Source of the DNA: a virus
Lineage: Duplodnaviria; Heunggongvirae; Uroviricota; Caudoviricetes
Direction: 5' to 3' (one strand)
Length of the DNA stretch: 64,000 bases
Virus record (IMG/VR): IMGVR_UViG_3300049044_000033
Coordinates: 382,796 to 446,795 of that record
A model generated the notes under the pieces. The model made no database searches. It was not told the DNA's origin and saw only the letters and a list, made by a program, of their open reading frames with translations. This document shows positions 45,625 to 54,214 of this stretch, piece by piece. The first letter of the stretch is position 1. The number at the start of each line of letters is the position of its first letter. The position numbers and the translations under genes are program-made.

Positions 45625-46070
45625 TAGCCCCAGACCAACTTAAAAATTGCAGCATCGCGCTTGCGACGGAACTTATATCGGAAAGGATTGATCTTGATAT
45701 AGCCGCTCTTTGAGCATTTATTCACCCAATCGGCGATCTCATGTTTGACCTCATCCGAGCCCTTAAGGCGTTCTTGATCAACGAGCTTCTTAGTATCAAC
45801 GGTGATGGTAGTCCCGCCGAAGATAGACCACCACTTCATTGGATTTTTCTGCTTTAGAAACAAAGCAGTGAAGAACATCAGGAAGGGGAAAGCGAAGATA
45901 AAAGAATCGTTCAAAGTAAAGGGCTTACCTTGAACGAAATGCCCGACCAAAAGCGCAGGCCATCCGCCAATAATACAAGCCAGCACGACCATGATAGTTG
46001 GCCCGGCCTCGCTGATCATTAGCCAGTCGATAGATCTACCGAATAACCCCCGTCTGTCTTGCTCGTTCAT
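45624..46070 (-). CDS. Membrane-anchored LFKLxW family protein
   Basis: Two TM segments, then IADWV...KFRRKRDAAIFKLVWG. Confidence 0.75.
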   Translation of the reverse strand: MNEQDRRGLFGRSIDWLMISEAGPTIMVVLACIIGGWPALLVGHFVQGKPFTLNDSFIFAFPFLMFFTALFLKQKNPMKWWSIFGGTTITVDTKKLVDQERLKGSDEVKHEIADWVNKCSKSGYIKINPFRYKFRRKRDAAIFKLVWG

Positions 46071-47082
46071 AAAGTTGTCTCGATGCTACCTGTTTGCCCT
46101 TTGCCTCAACTTCAAGATCAGTCCAAGCCAAGTGACTCAACGCCCAATCGTTGCTGGCAGAATTCCAACAACCATAGGAGTGAGCACGAAGCTTGCTGGG
46201 CTTAAAGCCTTCTGCATTCAAGCTTATAAAGTCAGGTAGGGTAGAAGAGCAAGCACCTTTTAGCAGTTCTTCTGAACTTGTGGAAAAATGTCCCAGGGGG
46301 CGATTACCTCGCCAGCTTTCTTTGAAGAATTCAATCCTTGAGTCAGAGGGTTCGATATATTGACCGCCTGATTCAACCCAATGATGATGGATATCGAGGA
46401 CGAGTGCCACATGTTTGTGAAGGTCACTGGAGATCATTTCATCAACTGAGCAACCAAACTCATCATTCTCAATCGTGAGAAGATTCCTCAACGTGGGACT
46501 CAGTTTATTCGCTATTGTGTCTTTGAGTTGAACCAAACCTGGATCTAAATTGTTATTTGCGTGGATATTGATAGCAAAACCGTTTGAGTGCCAAGTGTCG
46601 CCGTAACCCATAGATTCGGCTATATAGGCGTGATAGTTCAAGTCGTCGATTGAATTTTCGACCACATCAGGCTTCTGACTACAAAGTGTGGTAAACTGGC
46701 CAGGGTGAGTGCAGAGTCGGATACGATTCGCATCAGCAATATGACGAACGCCAGATAGCCCTTCATCGATCAAGTTCTGCATATCAAGTTCAGCATAGAC
46801 CCAATCAAAATCCACAACCGTGTAGGCAGGGAGAAAATCACTAGTAATGCGAAAGAGTCGCATCTCTTCTGGCTGCGCTGATATCCAAGCCAGCTGTTTT
46901 CTGAGGGTGACGATATTGTGTCGAACTAAATCGACTAGCTTCTCATAAGCAGCATTTCTGCTCATCTTGCGCAAAGCTGTAAGGGTAGTCGACGATTGGT
47001 TCATCGACTTTGCTAGGGCTTTATCATCAGTCTGAAACTTACAACAAAAGCCAATACGGGGAGGACCATTCATCCTCCCCAT
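46036..47082 (-). CDS. uvsE: UV-damage endonuclease
   Basis: RIGFCC, LFRITS, HPGQF, INIH, TIEND, VLDIHH, RAHS, EVEAK. Confidence 0.93.
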   Translation of the reverse strand: MGRMNGPPRIGFCCKFQTDDKALAKSMNQSSTTLTALRKMSRNAAYEKLVDLVRHNIVTLRKQLAWISAQPEEMRLFRITSDFLPAYTVVDFDWVYAELDMQNLIDEGLSGVRHIADANRIRLCTHPGQFTTLCSQKPDVVENSIDDLNYHAYIAESMGYGDTWHSNGFAINIHANNNLDPGLVQLKDTIANKLSPTLRNLLTIENDEFGCSVDEMISSDLHKHVALVLDIHHHWVESGGQYIEPSDSRIEFFKESWRGNRPLGHFSTSSEELLKGACSSTLPDFISLNAEGFKPSKLRAHSYGCWNSASNDWALSHLAWTDLEVEAKGKQVASRQLYERARQTGVIR

Positions 47083-47114
47083 ATAGTTAATCTCTAGCAG
47101 ATATCAACCACAAG

Positions 47115-47525
47115 TTACCACTGAGCAACAACCTGAATGTCGATGATCTCGCCATATTCAGTAGTAACCTTGCCCTTGAGGGTCTTGCGATTGTCGGCCC
47201 AGAAATCGTTTTCATATTCACGAACTTCGCGATCCGTACCGAAAAGCTTTTCGCCTTCATCGTCTTCTGTGGGACGATGCGTGGACAGACGAGTCCAATT
47301 TGCCGCATCAAAGATAGCAGGCCAGAACGTAGTCTGCATCTCGCCACTTTGCTCTTTAGACACAATGTTGAACTGATTCCGAACGATCGAGGGATCATCC
47401 TGAATCTTGTCCATCAGAGCCTGGAGACATTCCTGACTGCTGAACTTGTGAACTTTCTCTTCAGGACCTACTCCCGGATGGGAGAGGCCGATTCCTGCGA
47501 GAGGATTAAAACCACCGGTGCTCAT
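47115..47525 (-). CDS. Hypothetical protein
   Basis: GAGGAG RBS. Confidence 0.7.
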   Translation of the reverse strand: MSTGGFNPLAGIGLSHPGVGPEEKVHKFSSQECLQALMDKIQDDPSIVRNQFNIVSKEQSGEMQTTFWPAIFDAANWTRLSTHRPTEDDEGEKLFGTDREVREYENDFWADNRKTLKGKVTTEYGEIIDIQVVAQW

Positions 47526-47746
47526 ATTGTCTCCTCGGGTTTGAAGGTGTTAATAGCCATTTTCGTGTCGTCCAGTATCTGCGGCAAGAATAGGATACTA
47601 GAGAATATAGCTGCCGCAAACACTAGCCAATGCTGGACACCAGTGAGGTTAAGACTCAGAAAAACAATTCCTGCGCTGAAGAACACCACGATGATAGCGT
47701 TTGCTAGAATTCGTAGAAGGGCTTGTTTCTTATTCATTAACGCCAC
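47522..47746 (-). CDS. Small two-TM protein
   Basis: Two hydrophobic helices. Confidence 0.65.
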   Translation of the reverse strand: MALMNKKQALLRILANAIIVVFFSAGIVFLSLNLTGVQHWLVFAAAIFSSILFLPQILDDTKMAINTFKPEETI

Positions 47747-47982
47747 TCCTCATTCCAAAATTCGATGAGTTCCTCCTCACCCATTGCCAGATACTGTGTG
47801 ATCCTAACAATTTGCGCAATAGCAAACGCTATGGTCATAATATTGAACAGAGCCATGATGAACGTGGACTCGTCGTCTTTGACCGGGAAGACAAATACCA
47901 TGAGGTAGATACACAATGCGAACGCCGCTAGTCGGTTTGCGAGTGCCTTCAGCAATGTCTTTTTATAAAGGGTCATCCCCAC
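47737..47982 (-). CDS. Small two-TM protein
   Basis: Two hydrophobic helices; layout like the preceding gene. Confidence 0.6.
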   Translation of the reverse strand: MGMTLYKKTLLKALANRLAAFALCIYLMVFVFPVKDDESTFIMALFNIMTIAFAIAQIVRITQYLAMGEEELIEFWNEEWR

Positions 47983-49982
47983 TTGGCCTTTGCTTCAACG
48001 ATGCTGATCACATTGTCGTCGCCAATAAGCTGACGAGCCTTGACCAGCTTTGAACTGTTGCCCTTGGGATCCTTGGCGACCAAGTAAGTCGTGTCCTTGT
48101 TTACCGAAGAACCGATGCGACCCGAACGAGCCTCAATCTTCGCTTCCAGTTCCTTGTCACGGATACCAGTAAACACTACGACCACGCCGTCGAGATCACC
48201 ACCGACTACTTTTTCCTTGGGAGCAACCAAAGTGTAGTGACCGTCGATTTCCTTGAGGAAATCACGGAAGGCAGGCAGATTGTCAACGATGGTCGTCGCA
48301 ATGATCTGACCAAAGCCCTCAACAGCAGCGATCCTTTTGACCAGTTCAGGACCGGGGAAGTCAGCGAGCACAACATCGTTGCCAAGTGCCTCAATGAGCT
48401 TCGTCATCTTACGACGTCCGATGCCGCGACCGAGCAAGTTGGAAGAACCGGCCAGGATACCAAGCTCAACATTTGCGAGCTTTGCGCGCAGACCTTCGTA
48501 GATTTTCCGACCCGCGCTATCACCGGCAGCGGCCTTCAGTTCTGCTTCAGTAGCCTTGATGATCTGAGCCGGAGTCTTGAACCCTGCATCATAGAGCTTC
48601 TCAATGCTACCCTCACGCAGATGAGGAGCATCAAGACCGCCGGCGCCAAAAGTAGCAGCAATGATTTCCAGAGCCACTGCCTTATTGTTAGACGTATCGG
48701 TCATGACCAGATCGACCTGACCATCTGTCCATTCCATTGGACCGAACTCATCTTCGCTAGGTTCCTGCCAGTTAGCCGCTGGTTCAACGACCTTCTGGAT
48801 GAAGGGAATCACATCACCCGAACGAGTGATCTGAATCTTGGCGCCCGGACCAATCATCTTGTCCCGAATGAACTTAGCGTTAAAGCCAGTCGCATAGGTG
48901 ATCGTTACACCGACGAGGTCGACGGGCTTGATTTCTACACGCGGCTTGAGATAACCGGCCTTACTGGGATTCCAGTGGACCTTCACAACCTCGGCAATAG
49001 CCACATTGTCTTCGCTACCAAGTTTGAACTTGCGCGAATACATCGGATTAATGCTGCTGGAATTACGACGCAAACTATCACGGAGTTCTGCGTTGTCGAG
49101 ATCAATGACCAGGCCATCAATTGCGGTCTTCGTCTTTGCCCGACACTTCTCCAGCAACGCTGTCAGGAATTCATCGGTCAGTTCGCGACCATAAGCAGTT
49201 GTGTATGGAGTAACTTCGTAGCCAGCAGCTTCGAGAACTTTGAACTGTTCCAGCTTGCCCATCTTCGGGCTTACGATCGAGGTCGCAATCACTTTGACCT
49301 TATCGTAAAATTCCTGCGGGCTCTCGCTGGCGTTCATCCGACCCGCTACATAGTTGCGCGCATTCTTATAAACGCGACCGCCATCTGCTTCGGCCTGTGA
49401 CTTCATTGCTGCGAAAACATCATCTTCCATGATGACTTCGAGACGCACATCAGTCTTAGAGAGGGAAGTCAACCCGCCGACAGGCACAGCCTTAATACGC
49501 TTCATGTGACGCGTAATATCCGCACCCTGGAAGCCATTACCACGCGAATAGCTGATCTGAAGAGGTCCGCCATGACCATGGCAGTTGAGAGCCGAAGTGC
49601 CGTCCTGTTTGTCGGAGATTACGAAGAGTTCGTCTTCCCAGCCGTTGGCCTGGATCCACTTAATAGTGTCGCCCTCATAGACCTGGTCCAGAGAGCCCAT
49701 TGGATGAGGGAGGTCAATTTTTCCGCCACGAACGTCACTACCCACAGTAGTGAGGAACTTGTTCTGAGGATCAATGCTGCGGAGCATCTTCTCGAGCTCG
49801 TCATACTGTGCGTCAGTGAGGAAGCTTTCGCCATCATCGTTATAATACTGATCAGAGGCTATGCTTAGGATAGCAACAAGGTCACTGGACTGAGGATCAT
49901 ACTCTCCAGAGAGGATTTCCTGAGCCTGATCCACAACGCTGGTTCTGGTCAGTTCATCATCTTCTTGCGCGCTCAAAAACAT
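47973..49982 (-). CDS. ligA: NAD-dependent DNA ligase
   Basis: YY..G...LTDAQYD, MGSL, motif I KQDG, SRGNGFQGADIT, ARNYVAG, IDGLVI, RSGDVIP, C-terminal BRCT. Confidence 0.95.
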   Translation of the reverse strand: MFLSAQEDDELTRTSVVDQAQEILSGEYDPQSSDLVAILSIASDQYYNDDGESFLTDAQYDELEKMLRSIDPQNKFLTTVGSDVRGGKIDLPHPMGSLDQVYEGDTIKWIQANGWEDELFVISDKQDGTSALNCHGHGGPLQISYSRGNGFQGADITRHMKRIKAVPVGGLTSLSKTDVRLEVIMEDDVFAAMKSQAEADGGRVYKNARNYVAGRMNASESPQEFYDKVKVIATSIVSPKMGKLEQFKVLEAAGYEVTPYTTAYGRELTDEFLTALLEKCRAKTKTAIDGLVIDLDNAELRDSLRRNSSSINPMYSRKFKLGSEDNVAIAEVVKVHWNPSKAGYLKPRVEIKPVDLVGVTITYATGFNAKFIRDKMIGPGAKIQITRSGDVIPFIQKVVEPAANWQEPSEDEFGPMEWTDGQVDLVMTDTSNNKAVALEIIAATFGAGGLDAPHLREGSIEKLYDAGFKTPAQIIKATEAELKAAAGDSAGRKIYEGLRAKLANVELGILAGSSNLLGRGIGRRKMTKLIEALGNDVVLADFPGPELVKRIAAVEGFGQIIATTIVDNLPAFRDFLKEIDGHYTLVAPKEKVVGGDLDGVVVVFTGIRDKELEAKIEARSGRIGSSVNKDTTYLVAKDPKGNSSKLVKARQLIGDDNVISIVEAKAKWG

Positions 49983-50027
49983 TTGATCTCCCTTTAAACC
50001 GATCTACTGCCCATGTTGTAACACAGG

Positions 50028-50429
50028 CTATTCAGCTGTCAAGCGAATTAGCTCAGTTCGGATGGTTTCCATGGGGAGATATTTGTGGAGGCTTTTTAGG
50101 AGGATTCGGCGATACCAGAAGTTCCATTCCTTAGCATCAGCTATTAGAGCAGCTTGCTCGACTGCTTCGTCAGCCGCTTGCCCTTGTAGGTTACCACTAG
50201 CTAGTTGCATCGCAAGAGCAAAGAAGTCTCGGAAAGATAGACTGCCTGGTTCTTCATCCTCTAAGTCAAGAGCTGGAACACTGGATAGATTAAATTGCTG
50301 GTCGGGAGAAGTAGCTAGATCCAAACCGATCCAGAAGTCCTCACAATCAAGTTCCCAGGCTTGTTGGAGGACTTCTTTATGATCAGCATTTGGGTCCATG
50401 AGACTAACAATGATATCTAAGGGTCTCAC
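50028..50429 (-). CDS. Stand-alone N-terminal DNA-binding domain resembling phage ATP-dependent DNA ligases
   Basis: LASGNLQGQAADEAV...EWNFWYRRILLKSL resembles the LTG.AA...W..WYRRIL.KDL segment of such ligases; ends in TAG. Confidence 0.6.
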   Translation of the reverse strand: MRPLDIIVSLMDPNADHKEVLQQAWELDCEDFWIGLDLATSPDQQFNLSSVPALDLEDEEPGSLSFRDFFALAMQLASGNLQGQAADEAVEQAALIADAKEWNFWYRRILLKSLHKYLPMETIRTELIRLTAE

Positions 50430-50432
50430 TTG

Positions 50433-51035
50433 TTACCTCTTGAGCCACTTATTCAAATCTTCTCTACCTACCACAACATAGCCTTGCTCGGCAAGCATAT
50501 TCATAAAAAGGTGTGGTAGTTCATAATCAACATTGCGATATTGTTCCGGTAAGTCTTCCCACGGGCGCATTAGTGGATGTTGTTTATTTTTCTCATCTAC
50601 CTTCAAACCAAATGACCAACCTCTGGCAGATCTTTCTTCATACCAGCGTTGATGTTGGTGTTTAGCCAGCGTTACACAAAGGTTGTTGTAATCTTCCTCT
50701 TCCATTACAACTGCGTCAGCTGGACCTTGACGCGCGGTCGTTATATCGTTTGAACTTGTTTCAATTTCGCCCTCGGGATATGCTTCTTCAATTACAACCG
50801 TTTCATCTTCAGTGAGGTCACGGGTCAGAGGAATTTCATAATAGTGGGTGCCTCCTTTGGTTTCCTTGTGGACCATAAAGACCACATCAGGTTCGCCTTG
50901 GAGATTAGTTGTCTGCACGCTGGATAATAGACCAGAGGGCAGATTGTTCTTTACGCAATGATACCACGCGATAGCCTCCTCCTTAGAAAGAGGCTCGCTT
51001 GTTTTTAGTCGGATGAAGAGTGGGATCTCTGTCAT
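50433..51035 (-). CDS. RyR-repeat domain protein
   Basis: LAKHQHQRWYEERSARGWSFG...KQHPLMRPWEDLPEQYRNVD. Confidence 0.8.
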   Translation of the reverse strand: MTEIPLFIRLKTSEPLSKEEAIAWYHCVKNNLPSGLLSSVQTTNLQGEPDVVFMVHKETKGGTHYYEIPLTRDLTEDETVVIEEAYPEGEIETSSNDITTARQGPADAVVMEEEDYNNLCVTLAKHQHQRWYEERSARGWSFGLKVDEKNKQHPLMRPWEDLPEQYRNVDYELPHLFMNMLAEQGYVVVGREDLNKWLKR

Positions 51036-51036
51036 G

Positions 51037-51555
51037 TTAATACTTATCAGGTTCAGCATCTGGGTTATCCACACCAGTGCCCATATCAGGCTGTGGTGCT
51101 ACTTGAGCAGGCATATAGGGCTGGTATGGCTGAGGATATGGCTGTGGATATGCTGGTTGGTAGTAAGCAGGGGCTGGAGGAGGAGTTGGAGTTGAATCGA
51201 CTGCGCCCTGCTGTTTGACCTGTTCAATCTGAGCCGCACCACGGGTCCAAGCTGCGACACCTAGGATGGCACCAAACGCAACGTGGAAAAGACCACTACC
51301 CTGAAGGGTTAGAGGTTCCCAAGGCGTTCTAGCAGCAATCAAAGCAGATGCAACAGTAGGTTCGAGATCCTTAACGGCTACGGCCATTTGCGCGATAGAA
51401 GCGCTCTTGAAGCCCATAAAGGCTGGAGCAATGATAAAATCAAAGAGACAGATAAGCAGGTAGACAACTGCGGCTGCCGGGCGCCAGGTCCTATTGAGCC
51501 AAGTCTCGCCACCTTCTAGTTCGAATACATCTCTCTTGCGAGACTTCTTAGTCAT
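51037..51555 (-). CDS. Putative holin (GTA 3TM-like)
   Basis: WRPAAAVVYLLICLFDF...FHVAFGAILGVAAWTR; Pro/Gln-rich tail; late motif upstream. Confidence 0.65.
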   Translation of the reverse strand: MTKKSRKRDVFELEGGETWLNRTWRPAAAVVYLLICLFDFIIAPAFMGFKSASIAQMAVAVKDLEPTVASALIAARTPWEPLTLQGSGLFHVAFGAILGVAAWTRGAAQIEQVKQQGAVDSTPTPPPAPAYYQPAYPQPYPQPYQPYMPAQVAPQPDMGTGVDNPDAEPDKY

Positions 51556-51635
51556 AATACCGATCTCCCATTAGGGTTTTTGGTATTTAGTCATGGTTAG
51601 AGCGTGAGAAGGAATACCTCCCCACGCCCTGACTT

Positions 51636-52418
51636 TTAGCTTGCGAAAGCGTAACGTGCCGAAACAACGTCGCCTGGATCTAGGTCGTAAGGCAACATGT
51701 CAAGGTCAATGACCAAGTTACGAGTTGCTACAGACCACTGATCATCTTCGATACGCTGACCGTTGATCTCGACCGAAACCGAGTTCGCCTGTGGCACGTA
51801 GTCAAAGAAGTTCAAGAACGAGTAGGTTCCAGTCGATACAGTGTTACCAGTGTATTCTACTGCTTTGGAACGAAGGTTCACACCTGCGCCGTTTAGACCA
51901 GTAGCACCAATGTAACGGTGACCAACAAGATAGAGACTACCAGTGGTAGTATTCACACCGGCTGGCAAGGAGTTAACAAAACGCAGGACACCTGCGCTGT
52001 AGTCAAACACCCATTCAAAACCGCTGCTACCGCCGTTCAGCTTTACGCCGCCGGAAGTTGGATTACCACGATACACTTCAACGAGATAACCTGCGTCAAT
52101 TGCTGGTGGAATCCAGTTAGTTAGACGCGAAGTCAAGTCGCCCTGGGTTGAGGTAGCAACCCAAGCCAAGTTACCAGAAACTGTTGGATCAACAGTCATC
52201 TGGATTGGAGCCGAAGTGGTGTAGTATTGAACAACACTTCCCGAGGCCATTGGAGCAGGAACAGGAACATTCTCTGCCATAATGGTATTACCATAGACAG
52301 GTGTACCCGAGCCAATGGTTTCTTCAAAACCCTGCTTGCCCGAACCACCGGTGTTGGTCACACCGTAGATTGTCTTCTTCCAGAGGAAGTCGACCTTTTG
52401 GGTATCAGAAATAGCCAT
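51636..52418 (-). CDS. Virion structural protein
   Basis: S/T/G-rich; WVFDYSAGVL; C-terminal SVEING module. Confidence 0.75.
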   Translation of the reverse strand: MAISDTQKVDFLWKKTIYGVTNTGGSGKQGFEETIGSGTPVYGNTIMAENVPVPAPMASGSVVQYYTTSAPIQMTVDPTVSGNLAWVATSTQGDLTSRLTNWIPPAIDAGYLVEVYRGNPTSGGVKLNGGSSGFEWVFDYSAGVLRFVNSLPAGVNTTTGSLYLVGHRYIGATGLNGAGVNLRSKAVEYTGNTVSTGTYSFLNFFDYVPQANSVSVEINGQRIEDDQWSVATRNLVIDLDMLPYDLDPGDVVSARYAFAS

Positions 52419-52431
52419 GTCTTATTCCTCC

Positions 52432-54123
52432 TTACGAGATAGTCAGAGCAGTGATTGCTTGACCGGCGTTGAGCTTAAAGCGAACCAATACTTCGTTCAG
52501 AGTTGAATTCGAAGACGATTCGGTACCAAAGGTCAAGGTGTAGGTCTGAGTACCGGATCCAGTTGGAAGAGTACCAGCCGCACAACCTGCCGCAGTATCA
52601 TTAGTACGTCCTGGAATACCTGCACCACTGTAAAGTGCGAAGCCATTCCACCAAGCGCCACCTAGAGCTGCTGGGCTCTTAGTCACGTTGGTCGAAACAC
52701 CTGGAAGAGCAACCCAAACACCTGCGTAGGTACCAGTTACTGTGACGCTGATCGAGCTCTTACCTGCAACCTTAAAGCTGTAGGTAACATACTGCGAGGC
52801 ATCCTTAGTAGAGTAGTCTGGACCAACTGGCAAGTAACCAGTCGACAAGTTAGTGCGCAAGTTGCGGATCTGACCACCTGCGATAACTGCTTCATGCTCG
52901 TAACCAGATGCATTCAGCAGCTGAGTAGAGCTCCAAGTTGCAGTAGTGATATCCGAAGGAGTATCACCGGTTCCTGCCATACGCACACGCGAAGGAGCAA
53001 CACCACCAGTTAGGCTTGGTTCACGAACACCGCCAGTTCCCGAAAGAACGATCAGGTTGCTAGAAGCCTGAGTAGAAGCACCAGTACCATTTGGGTTAAC
53101 GCCTAGAACTGCAACCTTAGCTGCGATATCCTGGAAGTTACCGCTAACAGTGAAAGTCTGTGAGGTTAGGTCAAACGACAAGGTGTCCTTGTTAAGGATG
53201 CTTGGAAGACCACCCTGACCAGCAGCAAAGTTAGAAGCAGAACCTGGACCAGTGACCGAAATGATGGTACCTGCAACGTAGGTTTCACCAGCAAGGTTGG
53301 TTAGGTTTGCGCTAACGCTGAGGGTCGAAGTACCAGCATAGTGCTCAATACCCGAAGAGAAAGTTCCGACCTTAGTGCCCTGAACTACAGTAACGTTCGA
53401 GGATACTGGAAGAGCGGTCAAGCTATCACGGATATAGGTGAGGTTGTTGGTATTACCACTGATCGAGTGCTTGAGCTGCATGGTGTTCAGACCAGTTAGA
53501 GCAGTAGCACCAACGACTTGAGAGTCGAAGGTCTGGAAGAAACCATCAGGAGCAGCACCGCCGCCCTGTGCTGTACCGCCCCACTTGTTATCGGAAATGC
53601 GAAGAACACCAGTGCTCTTAACGTCGCCGATAGTGTCAGTGAAGGCAAAGCTTTCGCCCTGTACCGCAGCATTGTTGAGCCATAGCGCAACAGTACCTGC
53701 ATCACCGGTACCTAGATCCTGAAGGATCGTCGAGTTAACCGAAGAAGCAGTTGTGCGAGCAACGTCGGAACCAGCCGATGGACCACCGGCAATCGAGTTG
53801 CTAGTGTAACCCTGAGCTGCCTTGTGAGTTGCGCTAGCCGAGAGAGCCAACACGCCAGTGTTGAGACCCGCAGGAGCATTTGGAAGAAGAAGACCGAGGA
53901 CTTCGTTGATCGAGTCGATCGCAGTCGAGACTTTAGTGGTTGGTTCGAGGGAAACCGCTGGAGCCTTACCACCTTCGTAACGCGAACCAGTATAGGTACC
54001 ATCTTCGGCGTCGCCGAGAGTTGGAACTACCCACTGGTTGTTGCCTTCACCGTCAGTTGTAAGAATGGCGCCTGCTGGCTGACCGTCGGAGTTGATTTGC
54101 TTGATTTTAATCTTGGACATCAA
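52432..54123 (-). CDS. Virion structural (fibre/decoration) protein
   Basis: 563 aa, G/S/T/A-rich beta protein; TLGDAEDG; AIDSINE. Confidence 0.75.
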   Translation of the reverse strand: MMSKIKIKQINSDGQPAGAILTTDGEGNNQWVVPTLGDAEDGTYTGSRYEGGKAPAVSLEPTTKVSTAIDSINEVLGLLLPNAPAGLNTGVLALSASATHKAAQGYTSNSIAGGPSAGSDVARTTASSVNSTILQDLGTGDAGTVALWLNNAAVQGESFAFTDTIGDVKSTGVLRISDNKWGGTAQGGGAAPDGFFQTFDSQVVGATALTGLNTMQLKHSISGNTNNLTYIRDSLTALPVSSNVTVVQGTKVGTFSSGIEHYAGTSTLSVSANLTNLAGETYVAGTIISVTGPGSASNFAAGQGGLPSILNKDTLSFDLTSQTFTVSGNFQDIAAKVAVLGVNPNGTGASTQASSNLIVLSGTGGVREPSLTGGVAPSRVRMAGTGDTPSDITTATWSSTQLLNASGYEHEAVIAGGQIRNLRTNLSTGYLPVGPDYSTKDASQYVTYSFKVAGKSSISVTVTGTYAGVWVALPGVSTNVTKSPAALGGAWWNGFALYSGAGIPGRTNDTAAGCAAGTLPTGSGTQTYTLTFGTESSSNSTLNEVLVRFKLNAGQAITALTIS

Positions 54124-54145
54124 GAGAACTCCTTATAGATGAGGA

Positions 54146-54172
54146 TAGGGGAGGATAGAATCCTCCCCTAGT
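54146..54172. terminator. Hairpin between fibre genes
   Basis: TAGGGGAGGAT-AGA-ATCCTCCCCTA, with a second hairpin at about 54178-54208. Confidence 0.5.
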
Positions 54173-54214
54173 TCTAAAGAGGAGGAGCCCTAAGACCCCT
54201 CCCCTCTATTTCAA

